Part shown: positions 1 to 6,914 of the stretch, one piece after another
Position numbering within the stretch: position 1 is the stretch's first letter
Layout: the number at the start of each line of letters is the position of its first letter
NCBI GenBank assembly: GCA_964584035.1
Contig: CAZOYL010000008.1
Location: forward strand, 16,593-31,482
Length of the DNA stretch: 14,890 nucleotides
Origin: an uncultured Gemmatimonadota bacterium
GTDB lineage: Bacteria > SM23-81
Direction: 5' to 3'
Program-made: the position numbers and the translations under genes
The notes under the pieces: model-generated
Told to the model about the DNA's origin: nothing
Seen by the model: only the letters and a program-made list of their open reading frames with translations
The model's database searches: none

Positions 1-1
1 C

Positions 2-475
2 GCCGCCGGCGTGCTGGGACTCTCGGTGCTGACCGGAACCGGCAAGGGTGAGGCCGGCCAGTGGTTCGAGTCGACCTGGGGATTCGCCAAGCAGATCCTG
101 CCGCTGCTGTTCTTCGGCGTTCTGGTGGCCGGCGCACTGCTTGGACGTCCCGGGCATGAGGGCTTGATTCCCTCTGCGTGGGTCCAACGGGCAGTCGGCG
201 GGAACTCGCTTCCGGCGAACCTGTTTGCCTCGGTGGCCGGCGCCTTCATGTACTTCGCCACCCTCACCGAGGTGCCCATCCTGCAGGGCCTGATCGGCAG
301 CGGCATGGGCAAGGGGCCGGCCCTGGCCTTGCTGCTGGCCGGCCCGGCGCTGAGCCTGCCCAATATGCTGGTCATCCGCAGCGTCATGGGGACGAAGAAG
401 ACGCTGGTCTATGTGTCGCTGGTGGTGATCATGGCCACACTCAGCGGCATCGTCTATGGAAGCATTTTCAGATAG
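2..475 (+). CDS. DUF318/ArsP-family permease, C-terminal part (5' truncated by window edge)
   Basis: Frame is open from the window start to TAG at 473-475. The product is hydrophobic and carries family motifs FMYFATLTEVPILQGL, GMGKGPALALLLAGPALSLP and MGTKKT. Confidence 0.85.
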   Translation, partial: AAGVLGLSVLTGTGKGEAGQWFESTWGFAKQILPLLFFGVLVAGALLGRPGHEGLIPSAWVQRAVGGNSLPANLFASVAGAFMYFATLTEVPILQGLIGSGMGKGPALALLLAGPALSLPNMLVIRSVMGTKKTLVYVSLVVIMATLSGIVYGSIFR

Positions 476-484
476 GAGGTTGCG

Positions 485-718
485 GTGAAAAAGATCCAGA
501 TCCTGGGCACGGGCTGCCCGAAATGCCAGGCGCTGGCCAGGAACGCCGAGGCCGCGGCCAGGGAGATGGGCCCGGAGTATGAGCTGGAGAAGGTCACCGA
601 TATCAGCGAGATCATGAAATTCGGCGTGATGATGACCCCGGCGCTGGCCGTGGACGGAGAGGTCAAAGCCGTCGGCAAGGTTTTAACCGCAGAACAGATT
701 AAGGCGATGCTGGAATAG
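485..718 (+). CDS. Small redox-active disulfide protein (MTH895/TM0996-like thioredoxin/glutaredoxin family)
   Basis: 77 aa with IQILGTGCPKC (CxxC) and GVMMTPALAVDG (cis-Pro motif). AGGAGG RBS at 474-479 precedes GTG 485. Confidence 0.9.
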   Translation: MKKIQILGTGCPKCQALARNAEAAAREMGPEYELEKVTDISEIMKFGVMMTPALAVDGEVKAVGKVLTAEQIKAMLE

Positions 719-792
719 GATCTTTCAGTCGTCTTCGATGTGATTCAGAGACGCCGATAGTATACGTCTGAACTTCGTTGAGGAGATCGGTT

Positions 793-1299
793 ATGGAAGA
801 CATATCCTCCCGGGGAAGAAAACACTCTGGTTTTCGAAATAGGATTCTCATCATCATCGGCTTGATGATTGTTGCGGCTGCCGTTTTCGTGGTGAAACAG
901 CAACGACAGGTATCAACCTCATCCCAAGAGAGTATGGAGGACCGGCCCGAGGAATCGGACAGATCGGAGCAGCCCGCCACGGAGAATCCCGGCCCCTCCG
1001 GGCAGCCGAAGCCGGCAGTTCTGCCCCGACTGGTCGACCTGGGCGCCGACAAATGTGTGCCCTGCAAGATGATGGCACCCATCCTCGAGCAGTTGAAAGA
1101 GGAGCATAAAGGACGATTTGAGGTCGATTTCATCGACGTGTGGAAAGATCCGGCCGCCGGCCGGTCATGGCGGATTCGGGTCATCCCCACACAGATCTTT
1201 TTCGACAGGCCGGGAGAAGAGCTCTATCGCCACGAGGGTTTTTTCTCCAAAGAGGATATCCTCAAGAAGTGGAAAGAGCTGGGAGTCGATGTCGAATAG
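793..1299 (+). CDS. Membrane-anchored, extracytoplasmic thioredoxin-family protein
   Basis: AGGAG at 781-785 precedes ATG 793, preferred over the track start at 778. N-terminal TM helix ILIIIGLMIVAAAVFVV, then a low-complexity linker, then LVDLGADKCVPCKMM, IPTQIFF and RHEGF. Confidence 0.85.
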   Translation: MEDISSRGRKHSGFRNRILIIIGLMIVAAAVFVVKQQRQVSTSSQESMEDRPEESDRSEQPATENPGPSGQPKPAVLPRLVDLGADKCVPCKMMAPILEQLKEEHKGRFEVDFIDVWKDPAAGRSWRIRVIPTQIFFDRPGEELYRHEGFFSKEDILKKWKELGVDVE

Positions 1300-1367
1300 G
1301 AGCAATTATCGACCATGATCATGCCAGCCGGAGTAAAGCCAAACGTGTCTCCCCCGGAGAGATCGTC

Positions 1368-2066
1368 ATGAATGAGCTGTTCACCAGCCTGTCACGGGCG
1401 GTCGAGGGCGCGCCCCTGGTGGCCATCGTAGCTTCTTTCCTCTGGGGGGTGTTGAGCATTCTGCTGAGCCCCTGTCATCTGGCCAGCATACCGCTGATCG
1501 TCGGATTCATCGACGAGCAGGGGCGCATCTCCACCAGGCGTGCCTTGCTGATCTCGACATTGTTCGCCGTGGGGATCCTGATCACCATAGCGACCATCGG
1601 GGTTATCACCGCCGTCGCCGGGCGGATGATGGGCGATGTGGGAGCCTATGGAAATTATTTCGTGGCCCTGATCTTCTTCCTGGTCGGCCTTCACCTGCTG
1701 GAAGTCATCCCCATGCCCTGGTCTGGCCCGGGCCGGGTGGGCATGAAGCGCCGGGGGATGCTGGCCTCGTTCATCCTTGGCCTGGTCTTCGGCATCGCCC
1801 TGGGACCCTGCTCGTTCGCCTACATGGCCCCCATGCTGGGGGTCACCTTCCGGGTGGCCGCCGGAAATCTGTCCTATGGAATTTTCTTGCTCGCTCTCTA
1901 CGGCCTGGGACACTGCTCGGTCATCGTGGCCGCCGGCACCAGTACCGGGCTGGTACAGCGCTACCTGAAGTGGAATGAGCGATCCAAAGGGGCCGTCATT
2001 TTGAAAAAGATATGCGGAGGCCTGATCATCCTTGGCGGACTATATTTAATCTACTCAGCTGCCTAG
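1368..2066 (+). CDS. ccdA: Cytochrome c biogenesis protein CcdA / DsbD-transmembrane-domain protein
   Basis: GGAGA at 1356-1360 precedes ATG 1368. About six TM segments, with the conserved redox pair LSPC and LGPC. The track's upstream extension (1140-1367) overlaps the previous gene. Confidence 0.85.
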   Translation: MNELFTSLSRAVEGAPLVAIVASFLWGVLSILLSPCHLASIPLIVGFIDEQGRISTRRALLISTLFAVGILITIATIGVITAVAGRMMGDVGAYGNYFVALIFFLVGLHLLEVIPMPWSGPGRVGMKRRGMLASFILGLVFGIALGPCSFAYMAPMLGVTFRVAAGNLSYGIFLLALYGLGHCSVIVAAGTSTGLVQRYLKWNERSKGAVILKKICGGLIILGGLYLIYSAA

Positions 2067-2200
2067 AACACCTGTTCTGTTCAAGAAACTACCACAAAAG
2101 TGTATTGACGCCGCTTCGGGGGCCGCTTCCTGAACCGTATGGAGAGCCCCGTGATGCTCTTTGACCCTTCTCAAGTATCTGGATCGTCGTATGTTTCCCG

Positions 2201-2229
2201 TTGACAAGGGCGGTCGAAACGATTATTTT
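2201..2229 (+). promoter_or_regulatory. Putative sigma70 promoter for the lepB pair
   Basis: TTGACA (2201-2206), 17 bp spacer, TATTTT (2224-2229), located in an intergenic region. Confidence 0.6.
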
Positions 2230-2402
2230 CCATCGGTGGGAATGATTTTTGCGACAGAACGGTTCTGACAGGCGGAAAATGAGGATCTCCCGCTTGAAAG
2301 CGGAAAAATCCGGAAACCTATTCCGCCTTCGAGGCGTCATACCATAACGGCGGATGACGAGATTCGCAGCCGGGCCATCTCTTTCGATGATGTTGCCAGA
2401 GG

Positions 2403-3107
2403 ATGAGCGCCATGACCTGGAGGAAAAGATCCCGGTCCCGCCTCAGGGAAACCATCGAGGTGATCGCGGTCAGCTTTGTGCTGGCCATGCTTGTTCGGAC
2501 GTATGTCATCTGTGGTTATAAAGTTCCCTCCGGATCTATGGAGGACACACTTCTGGTGGGCGATCATTTTCTGGCCTGCCGGTTCCTCTACCGGTTCACT
2601 GATCCCAAGCCCGGAGACGTGATCGTCTTTCAATACCCCCTGGATACCGCCCGAGATTTCGTCAAGCGGGTGGTGGCCGTAGGCGGCCAGACGATCGAGA
2701 TCCGCGACAAGCAGGTGCTGGTCGACGGAGCGCCGGCGGAACGCCCCGGGGAGGCCAAGCACATCGACGCGAGGATCTATTCCCGGGGCATAAGCACGCG
2801 GGACAATTTCGGTCCCATCACGGTGCCGCCGGGCCAGGTCTTCGTGCTGGGCGACAATCGCGATAACAGCCGCGACAGCCGATACTGGGGATTTCTGGAT
2901 CGGCGCCTGATCAGGGGGAAAGCTTTCCTATTATATTGGTCCTGGAAGCAGATGCCGGGTGATCCACAGCTGGCCGCTTTGGATGATCCGGTTCTCATAT
3001 CCCTGCCCAGGATCGGCCTGTCCATTGTCCGGGTGATGGCCTTCGAGATTGCCCATATTCCCTGGCGCGTCCGATGGAGTCGCGTCGGGCGGCTGATCGC
3101 CGCCTGA
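2403..3107 (+). CDS. lepB: Signal peptidase I, copy 1 (alternative start ATG 2412)
   Basis: N-terminal TM helix, box B VPSGSMEDTL (catalytic Ser), box D DFVKRVVA (catalytic Lys), box E GDNRDNSRDSRYWG. Confidence 0.93.
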   Translation: MSAMTWRKRSRSRLRETIEVIAVSFVLAMLVRTYVICGYKVPSGSMEDTLLVGDHFLACRFLYRFTDPKPGDVIVFQYPLDTARDFVKRVVAVGGQTIEIRDKQVLVDGAPAERPGEAKHIDARIYSRGISTRDNFGPITVPPGQVFVLGDNRDNSRDSRYWGFLDRRLIRGKAFLLYWSWKQMPGDPQLAALDDPVLISLPRIGLSIVRVMAFEIAHIPWRVRWSRVGRLIAA

Positions 3108-3145
3108 GGATCTATGACCCGGCCGAGCTTGAGAAGGAGCCCTTC

Positions 3146-3838
3146 ATGACCACGTCGAAGCGCCCGAAATCCAAACTGAGAGAGTACATCGAGGTCATCG
3201 TCATCAGCGTCGTTCTGGCGCTGTTCGTCAGAACCTTCGTCGTGCAGGCCTTCCGGATTCCCTCGGGGTCCATGGAGGACACCCTGCTGGTGGGAGATTT
3301 TCTGCTGGTCAGCAAATTTCTCTACCGCTTTAGCGATCCCAAGCCCGGCGACATCATCGTGTTCAAATATCCTCTCGATCCCAGCCGGGACTTCATCAAG
3401 CGCTGTGTCGCCGTGGAGGGCCAGACGGTGGAAATTCGCGATAAGGAGTTGCTGGTGGACGGCCGGCGGATGCCGCTTCCCTCCTGGGCAAAACATGTCG
3501 ATTCCAGAACCTACCCGGTCGGCACCAATGCCCGCGATAATTTCGGACCGGTCACCGTGCCGCCGGGCCATGTCTTCGCGATGGGCGACAATCGCGATAA
3601 CAGCCGCGACAGCCGCTACTGGGGATTCCTGGACGAAAAGCTGATCAAGGGCAAGGCCTTTATCCTCTACTGGTCCTGGCGGGGAGAGAGTCGGGATCCG
3701 CATCTGGCCAAGCTCGAGGGGCCGCTTCTGCTGTCGCTTCCGCGGTTCGCTTTATCCTTCATGAAGGTCCTGGTCTACGATCTGATACACCTTCCCCGGC
3801 GGGTGCGTTGGAGCCGGATCGGGGATCTGATACATTGA
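3146..3838 (+). CDS. lepB: Signal peptidase I, copy 2
   Basis: AAGGAG at 3134-3139 precedes ATG 3146. Motifs IPSGSMEDTL, DFIKRCVA and GDNRDNSRDSRYWG. Confidence 0.95.
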   Translation: MTTSKRPKSKLREYIEVIVISVVLALFVRTFVVQAFRIPSGSMEDTLLVGDFLLVSKFLYRFSDPKPGDIIVFKYPLDPSRDFIKRCVAVEGQTVEIRDKELLVDGRRMPLPSWAKHVDSRTYPVGTNARDNFGPVTVPPGHVFAMGDNRDNSRDSRYWGFLDEKLIKGKAFILYWSWRGESRDPHLAKLEGPLLLSLPRFALSFMKVLVYDLIHLPRRVRWSRIGDLIH

Positions 3839-3865
3839 GTGAAACGGCCAGAGCGATGAAAACGA

Positions 3866-3892
3866 CCGGGGCGGGTTTTCAATCCGCCCCGG
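3866..3892. repeat. GC-rich inverted repeat / hairpin downstream of lepB2
   Basis: CCGGGGCGG (3866-3874) pairs with CCGCCCCGG (3884-3892). The stem extends by G.T and TT/AA around a TTC loop. Confidence 0.7.
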
Positions 3893-3914
3893 CGATGATG
3901 ATATCCTTCTTTCG

Positions 3915-3944
3915 GCCGGCGACCTGTCGCCGGCTTTTCTTTTC
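3915..3944 (+). terminator. Rho-independent terminator of the lepB pair
   Basis: GCCGGCGA-cctg-TCGCCGGC stem-loop followed directly by TTTTCTTTTC. Confidence 0.8.
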
Positions 3945-3979
3945 TGCCCCGGGCGGAGGGCCGGCCGACCGGAATCCGC

Positions 3980-4008
3980 TTGACTTGTCAGCTCTTTGTG
4001 GTTATTTT
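3980..4008 (+). promoter_or_regulatory. Putative sigma70 promoter for the TPR-pyrK unit
   Basis: TTGACT (3980-3985), 17 bp spacer, TATTTT (4003-4008), just after the terminator. Same -10 hexamer as the promoter at 2201. Confidence 0.6.
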
Positions 4009-4167
4009 GTCCCTATCGGGAGCCCCCATGTCTCAAGCTAACTTATTTTCTAAAGAGCTATTAGGCAAGCTCGGCGGCGCCGGATCGGTGACCGTTCTGA
4101 CCGCCGCAGCAGGCCCGGGACATGATCGATGATCAGATCGCCTGGGGCCCACTGGCGGGAGGTATAC

Positions 4168-5985
4168 GTGAAACGCATGGCCCTTTTATTGATTCTGGGC
4201 GCGCTGGTTTTTTCCGGCTGCGCGTATTTCAACACCTTCTATAATGCTAAAAAGCAGTTCGGAGATGCCGAGAAGGCCTACCTGGCCAACCCCCCCGATC
4301 TGGAAATTTCCAGCAGCCAGCGGGACCTCTATGAGCAGGCCATCAAAAAAGCATCCAAGATTCTGGTGTTCTATCCCAACAGCAAGTATGTCGATGATGC
4401 CCTGTTTCTCATGGGCAAGGCCTACTTCCGGATGGAGGAATTCGGCAAGTCCCGGCGAAAATTCGAAGAGCTGCTGGTCAACTATCCGAAGAGTGATTTT
4501 CGTTTTGAGGCCGGTTATCTGCTGGGCACCATTCATTACTATCTGGACGAGCCGACCAGGGCCAGAGATGCCCTGACGGCCGTGATCGAATCGAAGAAGA
4601 AGAATTCGTGGGCCGACGATGCTCAATATCTTTTAGGGGAAATGACATTTTGGAACGGGCAGTACCGCGAGGCGCGGAAGGAATATGCCAGGGTGACGGA
4701 GGATTACCCCAAGAGCGAGCTGCGGGCCGATGCCGTGTTCAAGATCGGAGAATGCCAGTACAAGCTGGAACAATACCAGGGTGCTTTAGAGGCTTACCTG
4801 GAAGCCCGGGACCTCCAGTTTTCCGCTCGCCTGAGGTATCAGATCGAGCTCCGCATCGGCGAATGTTATCAAAAATTGGGCCGGTTTCAAAACGCCCTGG
4901 ATACCTTCAGCGATCTGGCCCGGTCGGATCGCTACCTCGAACATCTGCCGGAGATACAGCTGAGAGTATCGGAGGTCTACTATCTGATGGGAGATTCGGC
5001 CCGGGCCATCGAGAGATATGAGGATATCGTCCGTCAGAACGAGAAGACCAAGGAAGCCGCCTGGGCTTACTATCAGTTGGGATTGATCTTCATGGAGGAT
5101 CTGTCCGATCTGGAGAAGTCCAAGGAGTATTTCGATAAGAGCAAGTCCGAAGCTCCTACGTCGGATGCGGCTCAGCTGGCCTCGCTGCGCCGCAGCCAGA
5201 TCGGCAAGCTGGAGGAGTATCGTCTCAAAGCGGTCTCGGCCGACAGCCTGCAGCTGGCCGAGGCCTATTTCTCTCTCGGCGAGGTCTATCTTCTGGATTT
5301 GAACCATCCCGATTCGGCGCTGGTCTATTATCGAAAGGTTCTGGCTCAAAATCAGGGGAGCAAGTACGCCCCTCGCTCACAGTACGCCGCCGCCTGGATC
5401 ACGGAGAGCAGCCTCAGGGATTCGCTAAGTGCCCAGCGGCTGTATCAGGAGCTCATCGACCGTTACCCCTATTCGGAGAGTGCCAATACGGCCCGTCGCC
5501 GGCTGGGACAGCCGGCGATGAGCGACACCTCCGACCTGGGTGCCGCCCGGCGCTTCGGCCAGGCCGAGGAGCTTCTCCTGCGGGAGCATGATGTGGCCGG
5601 CGCGCTGGCGCAGTATGAATCCATTCGAACCGATTTTCCGGAAAGCCCGTTTGTCCCCAAAGCCGACTGTGCCATCGCCTGGACCCTGGAACATTTTCTG
5701 GGCCAGCGTGACTCGGCCATGGTCATCTTCGGCCGGCTGGCGGAACTCTATCCCGATACGGAATGCGGTCTCCTGGCCCGGAAAAAGATCACTCCGCCCC
5801 CTTCGCCGGCCGCTCCGGACTCAGCCGCGGTCGTGGCGCCCGATTCGGCCTCAACGGGCGACGAAACTCAGCCGCCGCCGGGGGAGCCGGACCTCACAGA
5901 GGATGAAGCTGAAGCTGAGAAAGAGGAACCGGGCCGTCGCCGTCCCCGGCAGCGCCGATCTGACGAGGATGCCGGTGAAGAGTGA
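4168..5985 (+). CDS. Tetratricopeptide-repeat lipoprotein (BamD-like N-terminal TPRs; possibly SprE/PorW-related)
   Basis: GGAGGT at 4158-4163 precedes GTG 4168. Signal peptide MKRMALLLILGALVFSG|C is a lipobox. Repeated YPxS..A.F..G TPR motifs, ending in a Pro/acidic disordered tail. Confidence 0.85.
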   Translation: MKRMALLLILGALVFSGCAYFNTFYNAKKQFGDAEKAYLANPPDLEISSSQRDLYEQAIKKASKILVFYPNSKYVDDALFLMGKAYFRMEEFGKSRRKFEELLVNYPKSDFRFEAGYLLGTIHYYLDEPTRARDALTAVIESKKKNSWADDAQYLLGEMTFWNGQYREARKEYARVTEDYPKSELRADAVFKIGECQYKLEQYQGALEAYLEARDLQFSARLRYQIELRIGECYQKLGRFQNALDTFSDLARSDRYLEHLPEIQLRVSEVYYLMGDSARAIERYEDIVRQNEKTKEAAWAYYQLGLIFMEDLSDLEKSKEYFDKSKSEAPTSDAAQLASLRRSQIGKLEEYRLKAVSADSLQLAEAYFSLGEVYLLDLNHPDSALVYYRKVLAQNQGSKYAPRSQYAAAWITESSLRDSLSAQRLYQELIDRYPYSESANTARRRLGQPAMSDTSDLGAARRFGQAEELLLREHDVAGALAQYESIRTDFPESPFVPKADCAIAWTLEHFLGQRDSAMVIFGRLAELYPDTECGLLARKKITPPPSPAAPDSAAVVAPDSASTGDETQPPPGEPDLTEDEAEAEKEEPGRRRPRQRRSDEDAGEE

Positions 5986-5995
5986 TCAGCGGCCG

Positions 5996-6808
5996 ATGGT
6001 GATGCAGCAGCGGGCCCCCATACTGATAAATCGGGAGGTGGCCCCGGACGTATACCTCATGGAGGTATACAGTTCCGAATTGGTTGCCCTGGGACGACCG
6101 GGGCAATTTTTACATCTGCGCGTCCCTGCGGGCAATGGCCTTCTGCTGCGTCGTCCCCTGAGTCTCTTCAGCCGGGACGAGGCCGGGTCAGCGGTGGGCC
6201 TGCTCTACCGCCGGGTGGGAGCGGGTACCCGGATTTTGAGCGGTTTGCCGCCGGGCGCCGAGCTGGACCTGGTGGGCCCGCTGGGACGAGGGTTCTGTCC
6301 GACGCCGGGGGTCGAGCGGGCGCTTTTGCTCGCCGGGGGTCTGGGCGTGGCCCCATTATTCTTTCTTGCGCAGGATCTCACCGCTCAAGGCGTGGAGGTC
6401 CGCTTCCTGCTGGGGGCCACCTGCCGGGAGCAGCTTCTGTGCCGGGACCGTCTGCGGGACATGGGGGTGTCGCTGGAGGTCTCCACGGACGATGGCAGCG
6501 AGGGATTCCACGGCCTGGTCACCGTGCTGCTGGAGGATGTGATCAGCCGCCAAGCGTTCGACCCTCAAGGGTGCGGTCTGTTTGTCACCGGTCCCGAGCC
6601 GATGATGATCACCGTGGCTTCCCTGGCCCGCCAGCATGGACTTCGGGCCCAATTCTCTTTAGAGAGGCACATGGCCTGCGGCCTGGGCGCCTGTTGGGGC
6701 TGTGTTGTGCGATGCCGCGATGAGCACGGCCGGGCGGTTTATCGCCGGGTCTGTGCGGACGGCCCCGTGTTCGATCTCAAGGACCTGCCCTGGGGTTTGA
6801 CACCTTGA
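5996..6808 (+). CDS. pyrK: Dihydroorotate dehydrogenase electron transfer subunit (start uncertain: 5975, 5996 or 6002)
   Basis: PGQF, LRRPLS (FAD binding), GPLGRGF, AGGLGVAP (NAD binding), STDDGS, and the [2Fe-2S] motif MACGLGACWGC...RVCADGPVF. Confidence 0.92.
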   Translation: MVMQQRAPILINREVAPDVYLMEVYSSELVALGRPGQFLHLRVPAGNGLLLRRPLSLFSRDEAGSAVGLLYRRVGAGTRILSGLPPGAELDLVGPLGRGFCPTPGVERALLLAGGLGVAPLFFLAQDLTAQGVEVRFLLGATCREQLLCRDRLRDMGVSLEVSTDDGSEGFHGLVTVLLEDVISRQAFDPQGCGLFVTGPEPMMITVASLARQHGLRAQFSLERHMACGLGACWGCVVRCRDEHGRAVYRRVCADGPVFDLKDLPWGLTP

Positions 6809-6825
6809 GATGAGGGATGTATTCT
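6797..6825 (+). promoter_or_regulatory. Putative sigma70 promoter P1 upstream of znuA (overlaps the pyrK 3' end)
   Basis: TTGACA (6797-6802), 17 bp spacer, TATTCT (6820-6825). Confidence 0.5.
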
Positions 6826-6828
6826 CAC

Positions 6829-6857
6829 TTGACAGCACCCGTTTTTTCATCTACATT
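6829..6857 (+). promoter_or_regulatory. Putative sigma70 promoter P2 upstream of znuA
   Basis: TTGACA (6829-6834), 17 bp spacer, TACATT (6852-6857), in an AT-rich intergenic stretch. Confidence 0.65.
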
Positions 6858-6914
6858 TCTTCCTGATTTCGCCGCCCGAGAAATTTTTCCTATAAGACCT
6901 TTTCCCTTCCAAAG

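Noticed and set aside
744..772. Imperfect inverted repeat TTCAG(AG)ACG / CGTCTGAA between the two thioredoxin genes
   Set aside because: Bulged stem, large loop and no U tract. Too weak to call a terminator or operator.
1140..1367. N-terminal extension of CcdA in the ORF track
   Set aside because: It overlaps the thioredoxin gene. An RBS and a family-typical start lie at 1356-1370.
2105..2133. Second -35-like hexamer TTGACG
   Set aside because: No credible -10 element at 16-18 bp spacing.
2242..2406. Selenocysteine readthrough of TGA 2266-2268 followed by a stem-loop
   Set aside because: The readthrough product resembles no selenoprotein, has no redox motif and is out of frame with lepB. 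The nearby thioredoxins use ordinary Cys codons.
4009..4167. PyrR-type attenuator ahead of the pyr-containing unit
   Set aside because: No PyrR-binding loop consensus or terminator/antiterminator with a U tract was seen.
5540..5974. Apparent long N-terminal extension of PyrK, or a TPR-PyrK frameshift fusion
   Set aside because: The extension is an Arg/Pro/Ser-rich off-frame reading of the TPR gene, and both genes are complete on their own.
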